A stretch of 63,978 nucleotides of DNA, filler included, from Octopus bimaculoides (Eukaryota), in NCBI RefSeq assembly GCF_001194135.2. It is 7 parts of 7 records of this genome, joined end to end, with 100 filler letters (N's around TTAATTAATTAA, not from the genome) between each part and the next. Parts side by side here need not be neighbours in the genome. Positions count along the whole stretch, not along the records: positions 38,377 to 56,964 come from NC_068986.1; positions 57,065 to 60,510 come from NC_068991.1; positions 60,611 to 62,152 come from NW_026409778.1; positions 62,253 to 63,978 come from NC_069000.1; 3 more parts are not named here. One strand, 5' to 3'. Made by a program: the position numbers and the translations under genes. Under the pieces are notes generated by a model. It was given only the letters and a program-made list of their open reading frames with translations. It did no database searches and was not told where the DNA came from. This document shows, one piece after another, positions 51,642 to 63,978 of the stretch. Position 1 is the first letter of the stretch, and every line of letters starts with the position of its first letter.

Positions 51642-51961
51642 ATAGAAGCAATACATTCATGGATATTTAGAAGATAAATAGATATATGATTAGAAACACA
51701 GGCTTTCATGTCCACACGTACATATATACATACAAACGCCTACATATGCATGCATATATGTAGTAGCTATTGATCGAAGTTAATTTTCATGTTTCGCTGA
51801 TCAGACAGCGAATTGTGCTTCCTATTTACTTGATCCGAAACGAATGAAGCTGTGCAGTGTCCTTCAATTGTCACACACACTGTTATTCTGTAATTCAGTT
51901 TCTCTCTCACCTCACCTATTTCCCTCCCTCCTGTATCTCTATCTCTCTCTCTCTCTATTTC

Positions 51962-52860
51962 TGATTATGGGCCCCAACTATACGAACCTGTTCGTTCGCT
52001 ATCTTGAGGCCCAAATATTCTCACAATTTCCTAATCCCACTCCTGAGCTATATGGTCGTTATATCGATAACTGTATCGGTGTGACCTCACTCTCCAGCGG
52101 ACATCTGGACTGCTCCCTCTCCTTTGTCCAATGCTTCCATCCTGCGCTCAAATACTCCTGCCCCTAACTCCTCCGTCGAATTTCTCAACATTTGTCTCAA
52201 CACACACCACTCCACTCTTACCAACCCCATCCACTGGAAACACACTGTTTCACATGCCTACCTTAACTTCTCCTCTTCCGACCCTTCACACACCATGCTC
52301 CCTATCCCTACTCAAATTCCTCCGTCTACGCAGGCTCTGAAGCGATGAACATGATATTGAAACCCGGTCTCAACTCATGGCATGGATATCCTTTCACCAT
52401 TATCCACACTGCCCGGGCACGATCTCTCAACCGTGCCTCTGCTCTTTCATCTCGCACCCGTCCAACCATTACCCCTCTCTCGTTTCCCCTTACCTATCAC
52501 TCCTCCACCCTACACTTTCAACGAATCATTCTCCTAGCCTTCCAGCGACTCCACTCCGACCCCTCAAAATCGTACATCTTCCCTAACATCTTTCTCTCGT
52601 TCAAACGAGTCCATATCCTGGGCGACCTTCTTGCCCACAGGTCCTTCTTTAGCCCCACCTCCCAGACTGGCTTCTTTTCTAGCCTTGTCCACGCTGTCGC
52701 ACCTGCCTCAACCTCTTCAACACCGTCATTCTCACAGGCACCCATCACCGTCCCTATTATCTCACCGACTCCATTACATGTACCTCCAGTAATGTTATTT
52801 ACCTGTTCTCTGTTTCCTTTCCTGTATATTGGTCAAACGGGATGCCACACAGCGTCCCTT
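51962..52860 (+). mobile_element. Decayed Penelope-like element (RT C-terminal part + start of GIY-YIG)
   Basis: MGPNYTNLFVRYLE, PELYGRYIDNCIG, FHPALKY, VEFLNI, FLRLRRL, HGYP, PLTYH, SFKRVHILGDLL, TSSNVIY...YIGQTG across frameshifts. Confidence 0.85.
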
Positions 52861-52877
52861 TCTTCCAGCCTCTTTTA

Positions 52878-53084
52878 TCAGGTCATTTCTTCATGTTGGA
52901 CTGGTGAACTCAGCAAAGTTTTCTTTCTCCGTATTTTTTTGCATTCTCTTTCCGCTTTTATTTTATCCTCTAAATCCTTTCTGTCGAAGAGCATAGGCTC
53001 GAAGAGTACAGGACCTTTCCATTCCTCCCGAGCGTTAAAATAGTACAACTGTATGTTGTTTCTACACTGTCTTCGTCTTGTTTT
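52878..53084 (-). CDS. Candidate terminal exon, 68 aa
   Basis: tttaaatttacag| acceptor, then a phase-0 non-repetitive open frame KTRRRQCRNNIQLYYFNAREEWKGPVLFEPMLFDRKDLEDKIKAERECKKIRRKK...EEMT*. No homology recognised. Confidence 0.25.
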   Translation of the reverse strand, partial: KTRRRQCRNNIQLYYFNAREEWKGPVLFEPMLFDRKDLEDKIKAERECKKIRRKKTLLSSPVQHEEMT

Positions 53085-54012
53085 CTGTAAATTTAAACTA
53101 TACATATATATATATAGAGTTATTAATATTTCTAAGTCTCTCTAAAGGAGACTACGGCAGCGGTACTGGAAATTAATAGTTATCGCCAAGCCAACATGGC
53201 AGTCCCAAAATTAGGACGAAAGCTGCCGTGAATTAGCTCCAAGAAGCCATCGCCTCGAGCTAGCTATGTGACACACGAAACTTGTGTCCTTTATAACCTT
53301 CGAACAGGGGAGGTCAGCAGTGTCCCCCTGCTGGTTTGGCATCTGCAGACTAGTTTCAGGGTGTTGCCCCTTGTCAATGCAGAGCAGCCAAGCCCTAGCC
53401 AGGCGGCGCTGCTGACTATCTGCTCGAAGGTTATTTATCTAATTTCAGTGGAATCTATCCATGTTGGNNNNNNNNNNNNNNNNNNNNNNNNNNNNNNNNN
53501 NNNNNNNNNNNNNNNNNNNNNNNNNNNNNNNNNNNNNNNNNNNNNNNNNNNNNNNNNNNNNNNNNNNNNNNNNNNNNNNNNNNNNNNNNNNNNNNNNNNN
53601 NNNNNNNNNNNNNNNNNNNNNNNNNNNNNNNNNNNNNNNNNNNNNNNNNNNNNNNNNNNNNNNNNNNNNNNNNNNNNNNNNNNNNNNNNNNNNNNNNNNN
53701 NNNNNNNNNNNNNNNNNNNNNNNNNNNNNNNNNNNNNNNNNNNNNNNNNNNNNNNNNNNNNNNNNNNNNNNNNNNNNNNNNNNNNNNNNNNNNNNNNNNN
53801 NNNNNNNNNNNNNNNNNNNNNNNNNNNNNNNNNNNNNNNNNNNNNNNNNNNNNNNNNNNNNNNNNNNNNNNNNNNNNNNNNNNNNNNNNNNNNNNNNNNN
53901 NNNNNNNNNNNNNNNNNNNNNNNNNNNNNNNNNNNNNNNNNNNNNNNNNNNNNNNNNNNNNNNNNNNNNNNNNNNNNNNNNNNNNNNNNNNNNNNNNNNN
54001 NNNNNNNNNNNN

Positions 54013-54071
<59 letters not shown>

Positions 54072-54329
54072 CATACTACTTCAAAGAGCTTGTCTCTTTG
54101 TTGATCCCGCAAAGTGAAACTAAAACCAGACACCATCTCTCTATGATTTTCTCTCTTCTATTTGTGTCTATTTTCCCTCTCATTCTTTCTCTTTCTTCCT
54201 GTCCCCCTTTCTTTCTCTCTCCCTCTCTGTTATTACACACGGTGTAATAATAAATGAAACAGGCGCAAAATAGGTACCAACGCCCAATGTCATTGTGGTA
54301 TTAAGTTTGAAACAACAATCGGTAGAGAT

Positions 54330-54612
54330 AGTCTGTTGACAACTTAATGTGACTGCCCAGTGACAGGGAAGAATACTACTGCTATTTAGCCCTATGAAAT
54401 ATCGTTTCCTGTTGGACTTGACACATTTCCTCTGTCCTTGTGTTTTCAAAGTGGATGCTCGCTTTGCTGGGTGAAGGTGCTTATATTAACTTTGAAAACA
54501 TAAGAACACAGGAAATGTGTCAATCCAACAGGAAACGGTATTTCCTAGGGCTAAATAACTGTAGCATTCGTCTCTTTCATGGGATTGTTACATTAATTTG
54601 GCAACATAGATT
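54330..54612. repeat. ~125-bp diverged inverted repeat with 36-bp spacer
   Basis: ctatttagccctatgaaatatcgtttcctgttggacttgacacatttcctctgtccttgtgttttcaaagt (ends 54452) vs actttgaaaacataagaacacaggaaatgtgtcaatccaacaggaaacggtatttcctagggctaaataa (starts 54489). Confidence 0.9.
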
Positions 54613-54924
54613 GCTTCCGTTTTTATAGCTGAGACCCAATATAATGTCATATATTAAATAAAGTATAAGAAACTTATAAAAACAGCAGACATTTATTATA
54701 TGCCGAGACGAATATTATTTTATACTGGATTATTTTTAGTTTGTTACAGCTGCACTAGAATTCATTTTATTGAAAGTATAACAAACAACCAAACAACCAA
54801 ACAAATTCAGAAACATGATTTATATTTTATTTCATTTTATTTCTTATTTTTCCCTGAGGCAGGTTTGTCACTTTACCGTCTCAACATCATTTACAATGTC
54901 TATTACTTGAACTATTTGAACTAT

Positions 54925-54971
<47 letters not shown>

Positions 54972-55744
54972 TATATACAAGCGTATAGCATACACACAAC
55001 ATATATGTGTGTGGGTGTAAAATATGAAAGGATAAAGCACCCTCCCGAGTTATTCACACATACACATACACACACAGACATGACTCCCGGTTTCTATCCN
55101 NNNNNNNNNNNNNNNNNNNNNNNNNNNNNNNNNNNNNNNNNNNNNNNNNNNNNNNNNNNNNNNNNNNNNNNNNNNNNNNNNNNNNNNNNNNNNNNNNNNN
55201 NNNNNNNNNNNNNNNNNNNNNNNNNNNNNNNNNNNNNNNNNNNNNNNNNNNNNNNNNNNNNNNNNNNNNNNNNNNNNNNNNNNNNNNNNNNNNNNNNNNN
55301 NNNNNNNNNNNNNNNNNNNNNNNNNNNNNNNNNNNNNNNNNNNNNNNNNNNNNNNNNNNNNNNNNNNNNNNNNNNNNNNNNNNNNNNATATAGATAGATA
55401 GATAGATGGATAGATAGATAGATATATTTAATCAAAAGATTAAATGTGGTACTTAAAATGTGTGAGGCACCAGAATTTGGTAGGGTAAAAACCAAAAATA
55501 AAATCAAAAGATTTTGTGAATAAAATTTAAAGATAAGCAACAAAAATTCAATAGGTTATAGCAGTACGTACGTTTTGTACAAGCTCCATTTATTCATGTA
55601 GTGAGAACACCACATAGAATGTACAATTAAAATGTACTCCTCAGCTGCATAATGGAATTTCATTTTAGAAAGACATTTTGAAGACGTTTGCAAAAAACAA
55701 GAGTAAGAGAAGAAAACATACCATCTCGACTATACTGCTGTTCA

Positions 55745-55985
55745 ACAGCCTTGTGAGTGGATTTGGTTGACGGAAACTGAAAGAATCCTGCTGAATATAT
55801 ATATATACATGCATATGTTTGTGCGTCCGTGTTTCTCCTCCCATCGTCGCTTGACAACAGATGCTCGTGTGTTTATGTCCCTTAGCGGTTGGGCAAAAGA
55901 GTTAAATAGACGATCTGTTCCCACTAAAGGCGGTGCCCCACCATGACCGCAGTGAAATGAATGAAACGAATAAAAGACTGAAAGA
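55745..55985 (+). mobile_element. Family A SINE lacking its head
   Basis: gccttgtgagtggatttggttgacggaaactgaaagaa...ggcggtgccccaccatgaccgcag. Confidence 0.8.
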
Positions 55986-56004
55986 ATATACATAAATACA
56001 TACA

Positions 56005-56040
<36 letters not shown>

Positions 56041-57064
56041 TANNNNNNNNNNGTGTGTGTGTGTGTGTGTGTATATACATCCATATATATATGTGCATGC
56101 GTGTGTGTGCATAGAGAGATTGAGGGAGAGATTTAGATAGATAGATAGATAGACAGATATACATGTTGGTACGCAGACAGGTGTATTGATTAATTCGTAC
56201 ATATTATGTTGGTGGGTTGATAGATAGTATCTCTCTTTTAAATAACTACAACCGAATACTAAGTATTTTACTGCAAGGGATAAATGGGAATCATGATTTG
56301 CATATTTTTTCTCTGTTTTATTTTTACAGACGGACTAATTGTATTGAGCTTCAGTAGATCGATAACTGTCGCCATGACACACCATCGTCTTGCCAAAATC
56401 TTAACTCTTGTTCTCTGTCCAGTTCTCTACGCATGCTGAATGTAAAAAAAAAAATTACCTCTTCTTTATCATGCTTAAATCAAAACAGTTATTTACATAT
56501 TTTCATAGTTGATCAAACCTCCAGGCACTCTATTCAAAATACACACACACACCAAACACCACACAGACGCAAACACAAAAACACACACGTGCATATACAC
56601 ACATACACACCCACACATAGGTATGTTTAAATGAGTATATTCTTATATAAATATACATGGAACACTGAGTTAATGTCTTCTTTTAAACGCCTGTGCAGTC
56701 TATTTCCTGAATGATTGAATTTGGTACAAGGAAACGTTGAGGAATCCCGTTGGAACTGTACGGGTGCATGTTGTCTTTCTGTTCGTCGTCTATCTACAGA
56801 ATGATTTTCTTATGTCCCAAAACGTTGCGGTTCGACCAAAGGAAATGATAGAACAAGAGCCAGTTATTGAAGAAATAAGCACTGTCGGTCGATTTACTCT
56901 ACTAAACCACTTCAACGCTTTTATTTTGCTGCAGTACAGTGGCTGAAACAAGTAAAAGACAATANNNNNNNNNNNNNNNNNNNNNNNNNNNNNNNNNNNN
57001 NNNNNNNNTTAATTAATTAANNNNNNNNNNNNNNNNNNNNNNNNNNNNNNNNNNNNNNNNNNNN

Positions 57065-57408
57065 TACTTGTTTCAGTCATTTGACTGTGGTCATGCTGGA
57101 GCACTGCCTTTAGTCGAGCAAATCGACCTCAGGACTTATTCTTTGAAAGCCTAGTACTTATTCTATCGGCCTCTTTTGGCGAACTGCTAAGTTACGGGGA
57201 CGTAAACACACCAGCATCGGTTGTCAAGCGATGTTGGGGGGACAAACACAGACACACAAACACACACATACATATACATATATACGACGGGCTTCTTTCA
57301 GTTTCCGTCTACCAAATCCACTCACAAGGCTTTGGTCGTCCCGAGGCTATAGTAGAAAACACTTGCCCAAGGTGCCATGCAGTGGGATTGAACCCGGAAC
57401 CATGTGAG
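57065..57408 (-). mobile_element. Near full-length family A SINE
   Basis: tacttgtttcagtcatttgac...gggattgaacccggaaccatgtg. Confidence 0.9.
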
Positions 57409-57868
57409 GAGAGGGACGGCATTGATGATAATGATGACAATAATAATATCGATGACACACAGTCAATTCCACTTAATTTCAGAGTCTCTGTAATTGAAAT
57501 TCGTTTGCAGTTCACTAAATTCAACATAGGTGACAATGATAAATTACAACACAACAAATTATTATATTAAAATGATACATTCACCAATAATTATAAGACA
57601 TCTAGCCATTATTCAAATTTTTAGTACATCACATGTCTAAAACAACCAATCAAAAGTATTCTTTCCCCAACGGCTATTGTAAGGCACCAAGCTACAATCC
57701 TCCATTTTGTGATTTTGTCTCTGTTCATGCTACTACATAAAGTGAGTTATCATTGACACTATTTACTTTAGAAAAAACATAAAATAGTAAAATCAGTTAA
57801 GTTAATGGAAATGAATATTTTAGATTACACCAAATGTATTTTCAACATCATTTTATCATTTTATCAAT

Positions 57869-57915
<47 letters not shown>

Positions 57916-57980
57916 TGTATCTATATCTATCTATATACATATATATATATAAGGCCCACATCAATAACTGAACAAATAAA

Positions 57981-58017
<37 letters not shown>

Positions 58018-58083
58018 ACGTGTGTGTGTGTGTGCACGTGTGTGTGTGTGTTGTGTATGATGTTATGTATATGAATATATATA

Positions 58084-58430
58084 TTGGGTCATCCCATAAA
58101 TAATGCTGCTTTTTTTTATATTTCTTTTATTTTTCAAAATTAAGATAAACAAAGTTCTTTTTTAATCTAAAATATACTCTCCTTCATTTTTTACAATGCT
58201 CTTCCATCTATCTGGTAGACTTGCCAGGCCCCTTTTCCAAAATTCACTTGTCCGTGATGAAAAATATTCCTCCAGTACTGTTCTGACCTCATCTACAGAA
58301 TTCATATTTTTTCCATCCAAATGATTTTGAAGACAGCAGAATAAATGATAACCAGATGGGGCAATGTCTGGCAAATATGGTGGGTGGGGCATTGTTACCC
58401 CATTCAATGACTTTTGGGACATCCTGTATA
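58084..58430 (-). mobile_element. Mariner 3' end with terminal repeat
   Basis: HPPYLPDIAPSGYHLFCCLQNHL..FWKRGLASLPDRWKSIVKNEGEYILD*; probable terminus TA|ttgggtcatcccataaataatgc. Confidence 0.88.
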
Positions 58431-59092
58431 TCCCTTATGACCGATCTTACCAACTGGTTTCCAACTAAGGCGTTCAACGAAGTGTTAGGTAACAGTCCAA
58501 TTATGTAACCCTGCACTCATCAGAGGTAACTGTTATGGAATGAAATGCAAGAGTCCTTTTCTCTCCCTGAATACTACTCCCCCTAGTGGAGGGTCTTGCC
58601 CTGTAAATCACTTGGTGACCTCACTGCTGCTGCTGGTGCCATGTAAAAACCACCCAGTACACTCTGTAAAGTGGTTGGCATTAGAAAGAGCTGTACAAAT
58701 TATGCCCAAAACAGACAGCAGAGCCTTGTATAGTCTTCTGACTTCCCAGTTGCCGTCAAAGCGTCCTACCCATGCCTGCCTGGAAAACAGATATTAAATG
58801 ATGATGATGATGATGATGAAGAGGAAAATGATTGACAATAACTTTTTTAAGTTTCACCAGGCATCGGGGCATCAGACTGTCTGACAAAACCCATTTTCTT
58901 GTACAAATATATGTGATACTTGACTTAAAGGTACTGAGTGATATAATAATTAATACTCAACTGTTTTTATAAATGACTATGCATAAAAACAAACATCATA
59001 CACACACACACACACACACACATTTACTTATGTATGTATGTATATATGTATGTATGTGTGTGCTTCACACATCCATTTCCAAGCAAGTTTTA

Positions 59093-59155
<63 letters not shown>

Positions 59156-59341
59156 TATGTACTATACAAACACACACAAACACACATACACATACACACA
59201 CACAAAAGACCTTCGGGTAGTTCAAAGAGATGCTGACAAGTCACTGTTGACTTATAAACACAAGATTGAGGTATTAATAGATTATAATAAATATTATATT
59301 CCTATGACTACTACCACCATTACTACTACTACTACCACCAT

Positions 59342-59375
<34 letters not shown>

Positions 59376-59506
59376 GCAATGAACTATTTGCTGACCAGAC
59401 TGCTTCAATATTTTACTGAGAATATGGGGCGGGGGGTAGGTGGAGGAATATCTAGAAACAAATTGGTAACAGAAGTAGAAAATATAAAGAAACAAACAAA
59501 AATTAT

Positions 59507-59537
<31 letters not shown>

Positions 59538-59685
59538 AAAATGCGAAGTAAGAGAGAGAAATAGCCAGATAGAGAGATGGAAAAAGTGCAAGAGAGAGAG
59601 AGATGAAGAAATGACAGGTGACAAAGTGAAAGAGTGACTGAGGAAATGAGAAAGTGAGTGAGGGAGAAAGAGAAAGAAAAAGAGG

Positions 59686-59730
<45 letters not shown>

Positions 59731-60327
59731 GGAAGAGTTAAGACTGTGAGAAAGATTATGAGCTTAAATTACAGATTGTTATATAAACATGCAGTGTTGA
59801 GATGTTATTATATAACATCAACAGACACAGAAATGAACAATATTTACTGTCTTAGATTGATTGCTAAGAAAAGGCACAAGATAGAACCGAAGGCTTTGAT
59901 ATCAACACATCACTAACTCAGGTGTGTCTCTGACTTGTAGCCATATTTTATTGAGCCTAGGTGCTTGAAGGAACAGGAACAGGTGTGGATGTGTGGAAAA
60001 GACGGTTGCTTCCTGATTACATGGTTTTTGGGTTCAGTCCTACTGTGTGGTGGTAACTAGGGCAAATGTTTTGTGCCAAAGAGTCGACCAAAACCTTATT
60101 AGCAGATTTAGATATATCAGATGTGGTTGTTTAGTAAGAAGCTTGCTTCCCAACCGCATGGTTCCAGGTTCAATCCCACTGTAACAGTTTTTATATGTCA
60201 CAATCTAACTTGATACCGGTTGTTACACATGTTTATACTTTTATCATGTGCTATGTATGTATACATGGATAGATAAATAGATAGATAGAGAGAGAGAGAG
60301 AGAGAGGGATGGATGGATGGATGGATG

Positions 60328-60419
<92 letters not shown>

Positions 60420-60952
60420 CATTTCTTTTATTAGCCACACAGGGCTCAACGAAGATGGGACAAATACAATGTAGAGCTTTTCTTTTTGGGAGGGGGAAGG
60501 AAGGAAAAAANNNNNNNNNNNNNNNNNNNNNNNNNNNNNNNNNNNNNNNNNNNNTTAATTAATTAANNNNNNNNNNNNNNNNNNNNNNNNNNNNNNNNNN
60601 NNNNNNNNNNTATATACATACATGCGGTTGGGAAGCGAGCTTCTTATCACACAGTCATGCCTGCGCCTAGACATACATACATACATACATACATGTATGT
60701 ATATCGGGTGTGTGTATGGGAATGATAAGCATATTTACACCGGGTTCACACACACACACACACACACACTTTAACCACTTCCGGTATATAGATTAACATT
60801 ATAGTATTACATTTTGCTGCATAATTCCAATTTTACTGATTTCTATGGCTGTGGTTTCGTTTAATTGCCATGCAAAATACAAACAAGCACATCTTCTCCA
60901 CGTAAACATACGGACTCATATTTGAATGCATGCATGAATGTATGTATGTATG

Positions 60953-60985
<33 letters not shown>

Positions 60986-61127
60986 TTATATGGAGGTCAT
61001 ATTCTGGCTATATTTAAATATTTGTGTCGCAGAGAATTCTCAGTCACGTCACCATCTTAACACACTGATACATTAATAACACCAATGTTTACTCTTTCAT
61101 TGGAGAGCTATTTCCGACCACCCTTAC

Positions 61128-61151
61128 CTCATTAATATTCAAAACTGCCAT
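61128..61151 (-). CDS. Candidate first coding exon (MAVLNINE, phase 0)
   Basis: caaaATGG start context and a strong donor GAG|gtaagg; signals only. Confidence 0.2.
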
Positions 61152-61274
61152 TTTGTCGCCCTGTTTGCATCGTTGCCACCATATTGTTTAATTAGCTTTT
61201 TCATTTATTCAATGTTAATTTACTTTTATTTCTCTCGTTATAACAGTGAAGCATTTGTTGCTGTTATAGTTGTT

Positions 61275-61600
61275 GTATCTTCTTCTTCTTCTTCTTCTTC
61301 TTCTTCTTCTTCTTCTTCTTCTTCTTCTTCTTCTTCTTCTTCTTCTTCTTCTTCTTCTTCTTCCTCCTACCTGGCATCCCCTCCTCCTCTCCACGGTTTC
61401 TTCTTTTGTCTTCCCTGTCATATTATTCGCCATCTATTATCTCAACTTATCTGTTCTCCCACCCCTACGCACCCCACCAAATCCTTCCCCAGTCTTTTGC
61501 AGTATTCTCTCCCCCCAGCGGCTTGTATCATTTGGTTTATTGTGGGGAACCACATTGAAGACATGACGGAAAGAAAACAACCGCCAAAGCAAACTTCACA

Positions 61601-61660
<60 letters not shown>

Positions 61661-61860
61661 CAGTAGCAGTAGCAGTGGCAGTAGTAATAATAACGACAGT
61701 AGTAGTAGTAGCAGTAGTAGTATTGGTAGTGGTGGCAGTAGCGGTAGTGGTGTCAGTAGTAGTGTCAATAGTAGTAGTAGTAGTAGTAGTAGCAGCAGCA
61801 GCAGCAGTGGTGGCAGTAGTAGCAGTAGTAGTAATAGTAGCAGTAGTAGTAGTAATAAGA
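61275..61860. repeat. (TTC)n and (AGT/AGC/GGT)n microsatellites flanking ~240 bp of unique sequence
   Basis: Directly visible. Confidence 0.9.
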
Positions 61861-62252
61861 AGAATGATAATAATGTATATACATATAATATATACAATGT
61901 ATATATATATATATATATAATATATGTAATGTATGAATGTTTGTCGACCTCACTTGACATCTGGTGTTGCTTTGTTTACGTTCCGTAACGTAGTAGCTGG
62001 AGAACAGTGACAAACGTCATAAGTAGCAGATTTAAAAACTGACGGTGCTCCAATCGCTCGCCGGATTCCTTTGTCGCCGCCACGACTCGCTCGACTTGCT
62101 ATTCGTCCATCGAGCGCGTCGGCCGCCTGTGCCAGCGTCTCCTATCGTGCGCNNNNNNNNNNNNNNNNNNNNNNNNNNNNNNNNNNNNNNNNNNNNTTAA
62201 TTAATTAANNNNNNNNNNNNNNNNNNNNNNNNNNNNNNNNNNNNNNNNNNNN

Positions 62253-62514
62253 GTACCCTTAACATAGTTCTCGGGGATATTCAGCGTGACAAGGCTGACC
62301 CTTTGAATTACAGGCACAACAGAAACAGGAAGTAAGAGTGAGAGAAAGTTGTGGTGAAAGAGTACAGCAGGGTTCGTCGCCAACCCCTGCCGGAGCCTCA
62401 TGGAGCTTTTAGGTGTTTTCGCTCAATAAACACTCACAACGACTGGTCTGGGAATCGAAACCGCGATCCTATGACTGCGAGTCCACTGTCCTAACCACTG
62501 GGCCATTGCGCCTC
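62253..62514 (-). mobile_element. tRNA-derived SINE (family C-like head)
   Basis: Minus strand ggaggcgcaatggcccagtggttagg...ggtttcgattcccagacc (A and B boxes) plus a non-tRNA body. Confidence 0.85.
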
Positions 62515-63334
62515 CAATATATATATCTATATACACACACCTATATGTGTGTGTATACACACACACACACACACAAGGTAATAAGCACAAACAGGAGACA
62601 ACATGGGAGGGACGAGTTTTGATAAATGTTGTATTAGTTTAAAGCTTCCAAAGAGGGAAAATATTCTTGGATAATTGATGTTTTGCATGCAAGTCCTTCA
62701 TCAAATAAAAATAAAAGAATAAGAAGTGGTGGGGGGAAAATAGATTAGAAGTCAGGTGGGAATGCACTTCAATGAGGGAGGAGGAGTTAGGAAGAGGGGA
62801 TGAGGCAGGGAAGGGTAGAGTGTACATACATATATATATATATATATATATAAATATATATATATATATTATATATACACACAAACATACATGTGTGTGT
62901 GTGTGTGTGTGTCATACATAATAACTGCCAAAGTTATTTAATTGATTTCTTGGTTGACAAAAATCCTTTGATTGGTAAAGGTAGGAGAACATAGAGACAC
63001 ATGATATTTATGCTCCTTGGAAAAAAGGGCAGTGGTAACTTTAAGTAGAATTTGAAACCAGATCACAGACTTGGCTCACTGAAACCTAAATGTCATTTTA
63101 CATAACCTGCCTCTTATAATATAAGTGATTGTCTTATAGCAACAAAAAGCAAATTTTTTTAAAGATTTTAAATTATTAAAAAAAAATCTTTTTTTTTTGT
63201 TTTTGAGGGTTCAATGTTATTTGAGATTCCAACTATACAAAGCAATAATTAATGCATTCGATCTTGTATAAAGCTGCTGATGATAAAAAAAAAAAATAAT
63301 AATAATAATAACAAAAATAATCATAATGAGGGTT

Positions 63335-63915
63335 TCAAATTTTGGCACAAGGCCGGAAAGTTGGGGGGGGGAGTAAGTCAAATTACATCGACCCCAGTGT
63401 TTAACTGCTGCTCATTTTATCAATCCCAAAAGGTTGAAAGGCAAAGTTTATCCTGGTAGAATTTGAACTCGGAATGTAAAGTTGGACAACTGCCACTCTA
63501 CATTGTTGTCCAGCATGTTAACGATTCTACCAGCTCACTGCCTTATTAATCCTTTTTACTATAAGCAGAAGGCCTGAAATTCAGGGGAGGGGACAGTTGA
63601 TTACATCAACCCCAGTGTTCAACTGGTACTTATTTTATCACCCTCCGAAATGGATGAAAGGCAAAGTTGACCTCGATGGCATTTGACCTCAGAACGTAAA
63701 GACAAATTAAATACCTGCTAAACATTTTGCTGAGCTTGCTAACGATTCTGACAGCTCGCTACCTTACTAATAACAATAATCCCTTCTACTAAAGGTACAA
63801 AGCCTGAAATTTTGGTGGGAAGGGGCCAGTCAATTACATCGACCCCCAGTATATCTCTGGTACTTAATTTATCGACCCCGAAAGGATGAAAGGCAAAGTA
63901 AACCTCGGTGGAATC
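63335..63915 (-). mobile_element. Three family B SINE copies in direct tandem
   Basis: The unit ggcctgaaatt..ttacatcgaccccagtg..gaaaggcaaagt..gaatttgaactc recurs at ~63335, ~63565 and ~63790. Confidence 0.88.
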
Positions 63916-63918
63916 TAC

Positions 63919-63951
<33 letters not shown>

Positions 63952-63978
63952 GTTGTTGTTATTATTATTATTATTATT

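Noticed and set aside
53150-53230. gtcc-N8-ggac-gaaa hairpin as a hammerhead ribozyme
   Set aside because: The CUGANGA box is missing upstream. The short alternative pairings (acggcagc/gctgccgt) are insufficient to call a ribozyme, and this is probably part of a repeat.
56351-56434. RELDREQ as a cadherin LDRE motif
   Set aside because: The rest of a cadherin repeat is absent and a stop follows after 27 codons.
61173-61988. 271-aa Ser-rich ORF
   Set aside because: It is composed of (TTC)n and (AGT)n repeats, with no domain and no ATG at the listed start.

Overview
This is repeat-dominated, AT-rich eukaryotic DNA with many assembly gaps. The SINE families, very dense microsatellites and LINE spectrum suggest a coleoid cephalopod, probably Octopus (inference, not database-checked). 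No host gene can be identified with confidence, and almost all listed ORFs are microsatellite, gap or transposon artefacts. The recognisable content is mobile DNA. It includes six R4/Dong-like RLE non-LTR retrotransposon fragments, all ending in (TAA)n, three of them chained head-to-tail at 4.2-9.7 kb. It also includes a lightly decayed 5'-truncated RTE LINE, Tx1-like and Penelope-like remnants, a full-length Tc1 fossil, two mariner 3' fragments, two copies of a mariner-derived long-inverted-repeat element, hAT-like and piggyBac-like MITEs, and several SINE families. The best leads are a 96-nt palindrome whose arms carry a hammerhead-like core (48639-48734), three further 110-125 bp inverted repeats, the amplified symmetric mariner derivative, the (TAA)n-linked retrotransposon chain, and a tentative minus-strand spliced gene. 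I cannot demonstrate a new biological system from sequence alone. Identities and most repeat boundaries are by-eye estimates.
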